Below are positions 10,201-18,789 of a stretch of 64,000 bases of DNA, piece after piece. Source of the DNA: an uncultured virus (IMG/VR IMGVR_UViG_3300042518_000937) (taxonomy: Duplodnaviria > Heunggongvirae > Uroviricota > Caudoviricetes); IMG/VR virus record IMGVR_UViG_3300042518_000937. The stretch is one strand, 5' to 3'. The position numbers were made by a program, and so were the translations under genes. The notes below the pieces were generated by a model. The model saw only the letters and a program-made list of their open reading frames with translations, did not search any database and was not told the DNA's origin. Positions within the stretch are counted from its first letter, which is position 1; each line of letters opens with the position of its first letter.

Positions 10201-12573
10201 CGCAGTTTTCTTCGCAGCCGCCGTAGTCGCGGCACCGCCAGCGGCAACTGTGGCGGCGGTACTGAGCGCGCCGACGCCCTGCGCGGCCTTCACGGCGCTG
10301 GGTCCAATGATGCCGGTGAAAGTCAGAACTTCCTTGCCCCACTTCACGAACTTCCACAGGCCGTTCGCCGCGAAGAGCGTGATAAGCCCGGCCAGCACAT
10401 TTTCCCAGCCGCCGAGGGCTGACACAACCCCTTCAATGAGAGGCAGGACTTCCCTCAATATCTCAGCGAAAACGGTGAACGCCTTGAAAAGGGTTACGGC
10501 TATATCTTTGATGTCGTAGAGCGTGTTCATGAACTGCTCCGGCGACTTGTCGCCGAACACCTTGTAGATGTCCATGCCTAGATCCAGTAGGAACCTGCTG
10601 AGCGCACCAACCGCGTCAATGCCCTTCTGCATGAAGTTCTGCAGCGAGCCGTCGGCCTGCGCCCTGGTGATGAAGTTGTCGAACGCAACCATTGCACGGT
10701 TGAACCCATCGGCAAGTTGCGGCAAGAATCCCGAACCTGTCTCAGTGATCTTCGTGAACGCATCGACGAGCGCGTAGACGCCGGGCTTGATGCGGTCAAA
10801 CATCGACGCGATGTTGGCAGTAATGTTGCCGACGCGCTGCTGCATTTCCGGGGTCATGAACTCAAACGAGATGCCGGTGAACATCTTGTTGAACGACCCG
10901 GCAATGGACGTCAGCATCCTCTCCATCGTCGGACCGAACGTCGCAACAAGATTCTGCAAGGTCGGGGACACATTGGCGAACAGCGCATCCTGAGTGGCCC
11001 TTTTCAGGTCACCGAGGGGGCCGTCGACAAGGTTCTTGATGGACAGCGCGGCCTGCTGGGCGTTCGGCGAAAGGTTGAACAACGCCTCTGCGAACTTCTT
11101 GGGATCATCCATGCTCGTGAGGGCGTCGCCGAAACCCTTCAAGCCGACAGTGAGGGTGACGATCCCTGCGGTCGCCGCAGCGCCGGCCGCAGGCAGCAGG
11201 GCGATGGATTGGCTGGCGGTGACAGCGGCCTCACCAACGGTGCCCAATACTGCGGCCAACGGAACGAGCGCAGAAGGAGACAGGGTGCCCAGTGGGGTCA
11301 GCGCGCCAATGTTTCGCGCTATGTACTGGCCGGGGGACTGCTTCCCCATAAACCTGGTTCGGTCTTTCTCAAACTGCCTTTGCCGGGCCTCTTCCGCGCG
11401 CCTCTCGGCGGCCTCCGCTTTCTCCCTTTCCCTCCGCTCGGCGGCTTCTTGCTGCTTGTAATACTGGTCGAGGGCGACGCTGGCGTCGGCAACAACTCTC
11501 TGCTGCTTCACATAGGCGTCATTGACCTTCTCGACCTGCACGGCCAGCGCCGCAGAACTGATCGAACCGTCCCGCGACATGTCGTTGAACTTGCGGTATT
11601 CGCGGGCCACCTTCTGCGTGGCATCGCCAATGAGATCGAACTTTCTGGCGACCGTCGCACTCTGGTCGATGTCAGCCTTCTTGTCGGCGCGCACCTTCGC
11701 CGCCCGCACCGCTGCGTCGATGGACTCCCGATTGAGGTCGCGCAGCGACTGTGCGTTCTGCCTCACCACGCTGTCGTGGGTGCGGCGCAGTCGGATAACG
11801 TCGATCATCGACTCCCGCACGTTCTCAAGTGCGCGATTCTCCGATTCGTGGGCGTCGATGATGCGGAGGGCCTGCGCCTCAAGCTGCTTGGCAGTGACGC
11901 CTTCGGTCTTGCGGAGGTCGTTGTACTTCTTGCGTTCCCGCGTGGTCCTCTTGGTGGCGTCCTCCAGAGATCGCATCTCCTTGGTGATCTTGGAGTTACC
12001 CTGAAGGATAGAAGCGTTGGCGGCACGCAGACTTTCCGTCTCGCGGCGCAGCTTCTTCGTCGTGTCGCTGAGCTGGGAGAACTCCCTCTTGTTCACCTTG
12101 GTGATCTGCGAGAGAGCCTTGGCGTTCTCGGTGTAGTCGCTGACCTCACTATTGAGGTCAGCCCTGGCACGGGTTTCATCTCGGACCGACTTGGTGAGCG
12201 CCTGGCCCTTGTAGATAAGATCCTGTTCGGCGCGAGCCAGCGCCCTCTCGGCTCTTTCGAGATCGTTGATCTGGTTCGTCAAGTCCTCTTCGGTCTTAAT
12301 CGAACGATTCTCGATCGACTCAAGTTCTGCGCGGGCCTTATCAAGCCGCCGCGAAGCCTCAGTGAATTCGTCAATCTTGTTGATCACATGGTCATAGGAC
12401 GTTTCCAGCTTGTCGTTGAGCGCGACAATCTTCTTCGTTCGCCCTTGTGCGCCCGCTATCGCACGCTTGTTGGCCTCGTCCTCGTAATGCTGGGTAAGCT
12501 GAACAATCCGTTCGCCCTCTTTGATGAGTTCACGGTCACGAAGATGGGCGTATATGTCGATGTGAATAGCGAT
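7252..12573 (-). CDS. Tape measure protein; probable non-canonical ATC start at 12573 (first canonical start is GTG 12387)
   Basis: Longest ORF, directly after tail chaperones, coiled-coil and Ala/Gly-rich; frame stays open 62 codons upstream of 12387 to an ATC preceded by GGAGGT at 7-nt spacing. Confidence 0.9.
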   Translation of the reverse strand: MAIHIDIYAHLRDRELIKEGERIVQLTQHYEDEANKRAIAGAQGRTKKIVALNDKLETSYDHVINKIDEFTEASRRLDKARAELESIENRSIKTEEDLTNQINDLERAERALARAEQDLIYKGQALTKSVRDETRARADLNSEVSDYTENAKALSQITKVNKREFSQLSDTTKKLRRETESLRAANASILQGNSKITKEMRSLEDATKRTTRERKKYNDLRKTEGVTAKQLEAQALRIIDAHESENRALENVRESMIDVIRLRRTHDSVVRQNAQSLRDLNRESIDAAVRAAKVRADKKADIDQSATVARKFDLIGDATQKVAREYRKFNDMSRDGSISSAALAVQVEKVNDAYVKQQRVVADASVALDQYYKQQEAAERREREKAEAAERRAEEARQRQFEKDRTRFMGKQSPGQYIARNIGALTPLGTLSPSALVPLAAVLGTVGEAAVTASQSIALLPAAGAAATAGIVTLTVGLKGFGDALTSMDDPKKFAEALFNLSPNAQQAALSIKNLVDGPLGDLKRATQDALFANVSPTLQNLVATFGPTMERMLTSIAGSFNKMFTGISFEFMTPEMQQRVGNITANIASMFDRIKPGVYALVDAFTKITETGSGFLPQLADGFNRAMVAFDNFITRAQADGSLQNFMQKGIDAVGALSRFLLDLGMDIYKVFGDKSPEQFMNTLYDIKDIAVTLFKAFTVFAEILREVLPLIEGVVSALGGWENVLAGLITLFAANGLWKFVKWGKEVLTFTGIIGPSAVKAAQGVGALSTAATVAAGGAATTAAAKKTAATTAATFAAAGTAAGKGFNSKLITAIRGAGWIGLGIGIAEAINKGIRSFKSSDNSQGTNDTIDAIANGFDMGKMLNPAYWLDKILNGGRGYPSNQSSLDILTGESPPATPGTGNFYKDWYPAGENPAMPSWPDMPGYDPSFEFTPPNVPLDENGKALTDTEILNKLRGELPKDSYAVDPFTDPITGQKLKPMLPMGSNGMPQYPAGGVPGTPSIKGPIMPQYNSFGQLTGYGANMVDPEAVFDAQLAVTDKARDLEEANKDLLAARQSGLMSEEEIHDLERKVLDQKLGLHKALSALGKAQTGDVEKLKTETDKARDALGDFGAEIDKDFGISKGLPGIAENITKFLANMALAPVFGAIRGAQAGLGFPQGEGAGSGLTGMIASSMGYYKGGPLDPNPPQGGQNQRFAPGYEGYTPSYLQLDSSTPGGALPVMPQGGDAYQSTRRPNLGGVGYGSGPGDPKSRLRGINLSTIPVAAQKYANNCIDAAAQIILSASGVSMTQDQIERTIARGGSIDSLASGLNRLNPSGGYVAMPGSGGSADALYKAVQDSVNKGIGGVLNVAPGSSIAGRSFESGHFIAVTGYDPKSGRVNLSDTADGSMYSVSAAEAFAASRGRGLVAGTGIPQSARQQPSRSSGPVYGPPLPKYATGGEVPIMAHSGEHVLTRDDVNAMGGQAAVYNFRRSLHRYENGGEPVRPTNLGELLGVGDSPPPPAPPPPPPPPKPPKAPAPPASSAPSASTPPAPQGPPLAAEAPDVPVPPAVPGVSDPAQLPQTALPGGVETPGTVIGAQVEAPQGYGGGLSVGGGLVGLAQGAATSAVQMAGMAGDAAGAMGGGSAGAAVASAAMQIGFEELNRAIEYAGQVASIAGQGMLETFLPAGGSELAQNNWATRFLGGIAGAAPTIANLAGGAGASNQSTLAGVGGPPTPEQIAAQGMDPNRSQHTGAGAPAGPYTGVNIENYVVAQNEDRAGQDLARYQPAPGAR

Positions 12574-12613
12574 GGCAACTACCTCCCGTCGCTACACATG
12601 CAAGCTGCCGCCG

Positions 12614-13042
12614 TCACCAATCATCATCCCCGACCTCAGGGGTGTTGCGTTCTGCAACACCCGGCTTCGCGGCGAAGGCGTAGAAACTCTCCCGCACTTC
12701 AGTCTGCGCTTCAGCCTTCTCGGCTAGCTCTTTGAGCTTCAGTGGCGAAAGGTGAAGCTGCGATCCATACTCTTCGCCCTTGACCTTCGGCAGATAGGCC
12801 GAACGAAGAATCGCTATCTCGTTAGCGATCTGCGCCCACACCTTTTCCTCGCCGGAGAACTCACCACCCCTGGCGGCGGTCTTGAAAGCACCCCGCTCGG
12901 GCATGAACTCCAAGAGTTCCAGCAGCTCGTAGGAGGACATGGACCCATCGTGCCATTCTTTTATCCGGCGATGATGGTACTGCGACAGGTCACTTGCGAT
13001 TTGTCGGGGGTACTGCCGCCAAATCCACAGAGCTTCCCTCAC
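12614..13042 (-). CDS. Tail assembly chaperone, frameshifted C-terminal extension (T/GT-like)
   Basis: Overlaps the G-like ORF in the +1 frame, directly upstream of tape measure. Confidence 0.8.
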   Translation of the reverse strand: MREALWIWRQYPRQIASDLSQYHHRRIKEWHDGSMSSYELLELLEFMPERGAFKTAARGGEFSGEEKVWAQIANEIAILRSAYLPKVKGEEYGSQLHLSPLKLKELAEKAEAQTEVRESFYAFAAKPGVAERNTPEVGDDDW

Positions 13043-13553
13043 TTTTCGAGTCAGCTGCTTCGCGGTCCCTCAACTCGGCCGCCTGCTTGGCCCAGGCGCG
13101 CCACACGTCGCCCGCTGACTTGCCGCCGGCAATCAGACGCTGGTAGCCAGCCTCGCCCAGGGCGATCCGCGCCACCCGCACCGAATGGGGCGGCTTGATG
13201 AGTTCACCGTTCTTGCGATACGGGCGCTTCAGCGCACCGGGGGAGACGGTGGCGGGCAGCACCACGCCGTTCTCATTGCCGTCGGCATCCTTGAGCCGCT
13301 GCTCTGGAATGTGGATGTCCTCTTCGCGGTCGTAGGACTCCATCTCGAACTGAAGTTCTTCGTACTGCTCCATCGCCTCGTCGTCCAGCATCCCCAGGTC
13401 GGGGTGCGGAGGGATGGAGATGGTGGTTCCGTCGTTCAGTTCGATTTCGATGTCGGCGAACATCGAGTCGTAGGCGTCGGCTTGCTCCCGCGCCTGCTGG
13501 CCAGCGTTGGGGGCGGTGTGAGGAAGGTTGCGAATGATCTCAGGCATAGGCAT
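12990..13553 (-). CDS. Tail assembly chaperone (G-like)
   Basis: Acidic 187-aa ORF between major tail and tape measure genes. Confidence 0.8.
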   Translation of the reverse strand: MPMPEIIRNLPHTAPNAGQQAREQADAYDSMFADIEIELNDGTTISIPPHPDLGMLDDEAMEQYEELQFEMESYDREEDIHIPEQRLKDADGNENGVVLPATVSPGALKRPYRKNGELIKPPHSVRVARIALGEAGYQRLIAGGKSAGDVWRAWAKQAAELRDREAADSKSEGSSVDLAAVPPTNRK

Positions 13554-13629
13554 TGGTTTACCAGATGGACGATCAAACGTCCAAACATGAGTTGCCTATG
13601 CCCAACAATGATGTCCTATCATCTAAAAC

Positions 13630-14058
13630 ATGCCCGGAGTCAAATCAGAATTAGGCCTCACTGCACTAGTTGTAGCCGCCAATGTTCGGCGTCACCGCGA
13701 ACGGATGGGGCTGGGCTTCGCGCAGCTGTCCCGCGAACTCGTCAGAGTCGGGCGCGACATCCCCCCGCTGGGGCTGGGACGAATCGAATCCGGTGAGCGC
13801 AGGGTAGACGTCGACGAACTGACGGCGCTGGCTGCCGCGTTCGGCGTCAGCCCGGCGACGCTACTCATGCCAGAAACTGAAGATCAAGAAGCCACGACAC
13901 AGCTGACGGGCACGGACAAAGCTCAGGCCCAACGAATCTGGTCGTGGCTGACCGGCTCCTACCCGCTGGGTGGATCGGTGCTCGCATTCTTCAACGTCGC
14001 GCTCCCGCTGTGGGCGCGCGACGCTGTTGAAGAGAAGATTGGAGCAGTGCGGGGCTAG
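13630..14058 (+). CDS. XRE-family helix-turn-helix DNA-binding protein
   Basis: NVRRHRERMGLGFAQLSREL...LGRIESGERRVDVDEL; antisense to the tail operon; TATCAT 7 nt before ATG suggests a leaderless transcript. Confidence 0.85.
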   Translation: MPGVKSELGLTALVVAANVRRHRERMGLGFAQLSRELVRVGRDIPPLGLGRIESGERRVDVDELTALAAAFGVSPATLLMPETEDQEATTQLTGTDKAQAQRIWSWLTGSYPLGGSVLAFFNVALPLWARDAVEEKIGAVRG

Positions 14059-14089
14059 GTGTTGCGGAATGCAACACCCTCCGCGCTAC

Positions 14090-14944
14090 CTAATCCGGCG
14101 TATCCAGCGAAGCGCCGGCACCAGAGTCGAGGGACTTGGTGTTGATGTCGGTCCACGCCTCGCCGCCAACCCACTCGCAGTAGTACAGCGGGGTGAGTTC
14201 GTCGGAGTTCGGGTTGTTGGGGTCCTTGCCGACGAAGTACGGATCGGGCAGAACCATGTAGCCCAGCGACCCGGCGTCGGGATCGGTCTTGGACCGGCGG
14301 AACGAGCCGATGTCGTTCAGCTTGCACAGCGAGTAGCCCTCGGCCGTGTACAGGAACTTGCCGCGCTTGCGGCGGGCGAACATCAGGATGATCTGATACT
14401 CGGGGCCTTCGTTGTCGATCGGCTTGCCGATGACGAAGTTCTCGGTGCCGGGATCTTCGACGATCGACTTGCCGTCAGCATCGTTGAGGGTCAGGTTCAT
14501 CCGCAGACGCTTCATCAGCGGCTTCACGGTTTCGACACCGGTGAAGTTGATCGACAGCGCCTCGGAGGTCAGGTCCGAATCGAACGGCATGTTCGACTGC
14601 AGGATCATCTGGTTGTCGTTGGAGATGTCGGCAGCCCGCTCCGGTCCGCCGTCCTCGGTGAGGGCGCCGATCAGGTGGAAGCCCTCGTTCGGCTCGGGGT
14701 TCAGCTGCCAGTCGCCGTCGACCAGGATGTGCGCGAACAGGTCGTCACGCGGGGTGCCGTCCTCAGCGAACGGGGACCAGTTGCGTGTCGCCGGAGTGCC
14801 GGTCTTCCACGGACTGATGTTGGTGGCAGCGCCGCGGTTGTCGCGGATCAGGATGGCCGCAAGGCCACCCCTGGTGTTGAAGCGGGCATCGACATCGCCG
14901 AAGCCTCCCGCACGCCACGTTGTGCCCGTCGCTGGAATTGCCAT
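14090..14944 (-). CDS. Major tail (tube) protein
   Basis: 284 aa after neck genes; PATGTTW and RGGLAAILIRDNRGAAT motifs like mycobacteriophage major tail proteins. Confidence 0.8.
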   Translation of the reverse strand: MAIPATGTTWRAGGFGDVDARFNTRGGLAAILIRDNRGAATNISPWKTGTPATRNWSPFAEDGTPRDDLFAHILVDGDWQLNPEPNEGFHLIGALTEDGGPERAADISNDNQMILQSNMPFDSDLTSEALSINFTGVETVKPLMKRLRMNLTLNDADGKSIVEDPGTENFVIGKPIDNEGPEYQIILMFARRKRGKFLYTAEGYSLCKLNDIGSFRRSKTDPDAGSLGYMVLPDPYFVGKDPNNPNSDELTPLYYCEWVGGEAWTDINTKSLDSGAGASLDTPD

Positions 14945-14992
14945 AGTCGAAACCCTTTCCTCACCCTGGATGATATGCCATCGACCGCGAAT

Positions 14993-15388
14993 CTAGTCGT
15001 AAGTCTGCCCGAACTGGTAGCGCGCCACATACCGAATGATCTGCTCGTTTTCGTGCCGCAGACGACGGGGTGACTCAAACACCTTCATCCAATCAATCGT
15101 GCCATCCGTTTCCAGATAGCGGCCCAGTTGAAGCATTCGGGCATGAACTCTATCTTTGACGTCACGCGCTACATCTTCGCCAAGACTCTTTTCACACATG
15201 ATGTCCACCTGAACCAAAGGATCGGCACTCGATTCCTCGAGGCTCTCTTTGGACCCGACCTGCTGAACGAGCAGGAACGGATAGGGATCACCTGCACGAC
15301 GGGCGATGGACGTGCGGTACATCGGCATCAGCCACCCCACGACGAAGGTTTCGATGTCAGCAGGCGCGGTATCCAGAATCTCCGTCAT
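14993..15388 (-). CDS. Tail terminator
   Basis: 131 aa; RRAGDPYPF and RYVARY motifs; precedes major tail gene. Confidence 0.7.
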   Translation of the reverse strand: MTEILDTAPADIETFVVGWLMPMYRTSIARRAGDPYPFLLVQQVGSKESLEESSADPLVQVDIMCEKSLGEDVARDVKDRVHARMLQLGRYLETDGTIDWMKVFESPRRLRHENEQIIRYVARYQFGQTYD

Positions 15389-15837
15389 GAGAAGCTCAAT
15401 TCGACTTGAGCGGCAAAGGCGTAAGCCCTTGTCGGCGTATTCCAGTGCCAGTGATAAACGCCCTCGGTGTCATACCAGTGACCCCTGTTCTTGGGCGGCT
15501 TCGGCCAGTTCGGCGCGTCATCGGGCGCGGTTCCGTATTCGATGAAATGCGCCTTCTCGTCGCGAGTCACCACTTCGGTGTGCCACACGAACTGGCCGCC
15601 GACCTTCTTGCCGGCCGCATTCACGGAGCCCTTGGCGCGGCGGCCTCGGGTGGATACACGGTGAATCGAATGAACGTACTCGCCTGTTGCATACCCGGCG
15701 TCTAGCTCCCTCTCGGCAAGTCCTTTCCAGCGCCACGCGACTTCGTCCCCGACGTCAGCGACATCATCGGCGACGTCAGAGTCGTCAGTCAGATGCAGCG
15801 TCAGCTCGTTCATCACCTGCCTGCGAGTCACTGGCAT
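15385..15837 (-). CDS. Neck protein (HK97 gp10-like)
   Basis: TGEYVHSI and AHFIEYGT motifs; synteny. Confidence 0.65.
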   Translation of the reverse strand: MPVTRRQVMNELTLHLTDDSDVADDVADVGDEVAWRWKGLAERELDAGYATGEYVHSIHRVSTRGRRAKGSVNAAGKKVGGQFVWHTEVVTRDEKAHFIEYGTAPDDAPNWPKPPKNRGHWYDTEGVYHWHWNTPTRAYAFAAQVELSFS

Positions 15838-16171
15838 CGGAAGTCACCCCCCCGGCGACTTCCTCTGCGACGAGTTCGTCCACGACGTCCTTGTCGGCGA
15901 CAGTGACCGTGGCGAGTATGTCGCCGTTCTCGGTGACCAGTTCGACCTCTTCGGCTTTCGGCTTGGTGGTGTTGCGTTTTGCAACACGCTTCGGCTTCGG
16001 CTTGTCACTCGTCGGCGCGCTGGGCTTCTCGCTGGAATCCACCGGCTTGACATGCTCAGCCAGAGAGGCGGCGTCCGAATCGCTGAGAGTGACCACCTGG
16101 CCTGGACGCTTATACCGGAAGCCCGACCCCACCGGGACGTAGCACTCAGACACAACTTCGTATTTACCCAC
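15785..16171 (-). CDS. Hypothetical virion-operon protein
   Basis: 128-aa ORF filling the gap between neck genes; contains a 17-bp palindrome in frame. Confidence 0.55.
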   Translation of the reverse strand: MGKYEVVSECYVPVGSGFRYKRPGQVVTLSDSDAASLAEHVKPVDSSEKPSAPTSDKPKPKRVAKRNTTKPKAEEVELVTENGDILATVTVADKDVVDELVAEEVAGGVTSDASDSQAGDERADAASD

Positions 16172-16182
16172 GCCCGCTCCTG

Positions 16183-16539
16183 TCAGGTTTGCTTCTTGGA
16201 GATAAGAGTAGCCTTGAACCAGGTGGTGAAGTCCTTGTAAGGCTGAACGCCGCCGACGATCAGATACCGCTTTCCGTCGACGCGAATCGCGTCGTCAGGC
16301 TGCGCCGCCATGATCTTCTCCCGCAGCGCATCGTCGTACTCGCCGATCGGGATCGTCGTCTTCCACATCTCAGTGGCAACGTCATACCCAAGCTCGACCG
16401 CCTCCCGATACGTCAGCGGGCGGTGATGACAATTGGGTGCGATGGTCAAGGTCTCCACCTGCGGGTAAGTGCCCAGTTCGCCCGGCGCGTCAGCATCGGA
16501 ATAGGACACGAAGGTCACAACGTCGGGACCGAATGGCAT
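16183..16539 (-). CDS. Head-to-tail stopper
   Basis: FGPDVVTFV...GELG...DAIRVDGKRY pattern; synteny. Confidence 0.7.
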   Translation of the reverse strand: MPFGPDVVTFVSYSDADAPGELGTYPQVETLTIAPNCHHRPLTYREAVELGYDVATEMWKTTIPIGEYDDALREKIMAAQPDDAIRVDGKRYLIVGGVQPYKDFTTWFKATLISKKQT

Positions 16540-16546
16540 CAGCGCC

Positions 16547-17152
16547 TCACAGGAACTCAACGGGTGGAAGCTGATAGCCGCCGAATACTCCGGTGTACGA
16601 ATACAGCGCAGTCTCCGCGGCGTTGGCGTAACGATCAGCCCAGCGGTAGGTCACGTCATCGACCTTCTTGGACACGATGTCCAACTCGCTGGTGCCAGAC
16701 ATCTGGATCTGGCCCATCTCATCGACCATCGACAGCACGGCGTACCGCCAGTCAGCGGCCTCCGCTTCGGTGTAGCCGTGAGTCATCACCACGTCGATGG
16801 ACTGATAGGTGTGCCCCCACCAGCCTCTCGACGCTTTACGCACCGCGGCCGGCCTTGATGTGATACCAGGGGGGCCGCCGGGGGTTGCCGACACCGAGGC
16901 CAGGCTCAATGGCGTGCCGTTTTCGCTGATGCTGGTCAGCCTAACCAGCTTGCGTGTAGGCAGCATGAGAATCCTGCTGCCAGGCCCATCTAGTGTGACG
17001 GCATTATCCACGATGACCGGAGTCACGGCCCACCCGCAGTACCGGCGGGCCGTGACGAGCGCGGCATCCAACATCCGCGCCACTTCCGGATCATCGCTTC
17101 TCAGCCGCCCGTTGGTGTAGTTCTCAACATCGAGAGCACTCAACTCGGCCAC
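16547..17152 (-). CDS. Head-to-tail adaptor
   Basis: ARRYCGWAVTP, LDGPG, THGY motifs; downstream of capsid gene. Confidence 0.75.
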   Translation of the reverse strand: MAELSALDVENYTNGRLRSDDPEVARMLDAALVTARRYCGWAVTPVIVDNAVTLDGPGSRILMLPTRKLVRLTSISENGTPLSLASVSATPGGPPGITSRPAAVRKASRGWWGHTYQSIDVVMTHGYTEAEAADWRYAVLSMVDEMGQIQMSGTSELDIVSKKVDDVTYRWADRYANAAETALYSYTGVFGGYQLPPVEFL

Positions 17153-17161
17153 TTGGAACTC

Positions 17162-17386
17162 CTACTCGGAAGCGGAGCCTTCCAGAGTCGGAAGCTCCAA
17201 CTCCGGTTCCGGCTTCAGGTCCGGTTCCGGTTCCGGCTCCGGCTTGTCCTTCGACGGAGCCTTCGACGGAGCCTTCGACGGAGCCTTCGACGGAGCCTTC
17301 GCGCCCTTGACGGCTGCCGCGATAGCGGCCCGGTCGATAGACCCGGCTACCAGGACGCTGCCGTCAGGGTTGACCTTGATCCGCAT
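17162..17386 (-). CDS. Small low-complexity protein with (KAPS)x4 and PE repeats
   Basis: ATG overlaps capsid stop; 12-bp tandem repeat at about 17248-17300. Confidence 0.6.
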   Translation of the reverse strand: MRIKVNPDGSVLVAGSIDRAAIAAAVKGAKAPSKAPSKAPSKAPSKDKPEPEPEPDLKPEPELELPTLEGSASE

Positions 17387-18621
17387 CAGGCGGCCTCAAG
17401 CGGAACGATCCCGGCATCCTCCGTGATGAGCGTCGAGAAGTAGCCCGCGTAGGCGACCTGCAGACCGAACACCGACGGCTCGACCACCTGCAGAGTGCCC
17501 ACCCGCTGCTCGAAGCATTCGATCGCTGCGGTGGAGAACAGGAACGCCTCGCCGGGGAGCAGGCCCGCGGACATGACCACCGGGATGCCGGAGATCGTAC
17601 CCATCAGACCCTGGGCGAAGCGGCCCGCCTCGAAGCCGGGGGACTGTCCATCCCGCGGGTTCACCGGAGCGAACAGCGGGCCGAAGGTCCCCAGGACGTC
17701 GGGGGCGATAGCGATCATCAGACGGCCCATGCCCTTGACGGCGTTGTAGACGGTGCCGGCAGCCGACCACACGGCGGACGCCACGGTATCGGCAGTCGGA
17801 GTCACGCCGTAACCGACGGGGGTAGTGGTAACGCTACCCAGCGTGCCGGCGACCAGCGACTCGGTTTCGATCGAATACTGCTGACCGAGGCCGTTGACCA
17901 CCAGGTCGAGAGCCGACGGAGACGAGAAGTCGATCGCCTGCCGCGACACGTTGACGTAGCCACCGAGGGTCTTGGCGTTCACGACCTTGCGTTCGATCGT
18001 CATCTTCTGGCTGACCAGTTCCGACTTCTCGTCGGCCGGTCCACCAGCGGCACCCTGCAGGGCGACGGCGGTGTGCTGGGTGACGATCGGGCGGTAGAAG
18101 GTCGCGTTGTTCAGCGGCATCGTTCCGATCGACGACACCAGCGGACGGGCCGCGTCGATGAAGTCGATGACGGGACCGACGATGGGGTCGGGGATGACGC
18201 CGAGCGAATCGCCGGTGCGCTGATGCTCGGCGGCGCGTGCGTAGACCTCCAGGCGGTCGGTCGCGTCACGGCTTCCCTGGGCGCTGTTCCACATGTCGAG
18301 CATGTACGCACCGGCCGAGCGGTACTCGACCTGAGTGGCGTCGGGCTTGCCCTTCATGATGGCGATGGCCTGGTCGACGGCGCGACCCTTGCTGCGGGTC
18401 TCGTAGGCGATACGGTTGACCTCTTGGGCCTGATCCAGTTCCTTCTGGATCTTCTCCATGCGGGCGCGGGCCTCAACGACCATCTCGCCCTCTTCGTCAT
18501 TCAGGTCACGACCGGCGGCGTTGGCGCGCTGGTAGATGCCTCGGACGAGGGATTCCTTCTGCTCCAGTTCCCGGTCGAGCCGCTGGATGTACTCGTCGCC
18601 AGCGGTGATATTGCTTCCCAC
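17386..18621 (-). CDS. Major capsid protein (HK97 fold with N-terminal coiled-coil delta domain)
   Basis: GAAGGAG RBS before GTG 18621; coiled-coil N-terminus; EKSEL and KTLGGYVNVSRQAID motifs. Confidence 0.9.
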   Translation of the reverse strand: MGSNITAGDEYIQRLDRELEQKESLVRGIYQRANAAGRDLNDEEGEMVVEARARMEKIQKELDQAQEVNRIAYETRSKGRAVDQAIAIMKGKPDATQVEYRSAGAYMLDMWNSAQGSRDATDRLEVYARAAEHQRTGDSLGVIPDPIVGPVIDFIDAARPLVSSIGTMPLNNATFYRPIVTQHTAVALQGAAGGPADEKSELVSQKMTIERKVVNAKTLGGYVNVSRQAIDFSSPSALDLVVNGLGQQYSIETESLVAGTLGSVTTTPVGYGVTPTADTVASAVWSAAGTVYNAVKGMGRLMIAIAPDVLGTFGPLFAPVNPRDGQSPGFEAGRFAQGLMGTISGIPVVMSAGLLPGEAFLFSTAAIECFEQRVGTLQVVEPSVFGLQVAYAGYFSTLITEDAGIVPLEAA

Positions 18622-18789
18622 CTTGATCTCCTTCAAGAGAAAGTTTCTGTATTGGCAACGGTCCTCTTGACCAGCGAGTCCGCGAACGGACAGCCCTCCC
18701 GGCCAGCGCTCACCCAACGGTGATGACAGCAGACTAGCACCAAAGAGGTCGAAAACTGTCGAACATGCGGTGTTGCGAAACGCAACAGG

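Noticed and set aside
7213..12735. Long plus-strand ORFs 7213-9924 and 10717-12735, and similar shadows elsewhere (e.g. 48028-49299, 49952-51202)
   Set aside because: Antisense shadows of real genes, expected in high-GC DNA; no recognisable motifs
18622..18770. Capsid gene leader as a riboswitch or ncRNA
   Set aside because: Only a short GTCCG-TTCG-CGGAC hairpin is evident, not enough to call an RNA family
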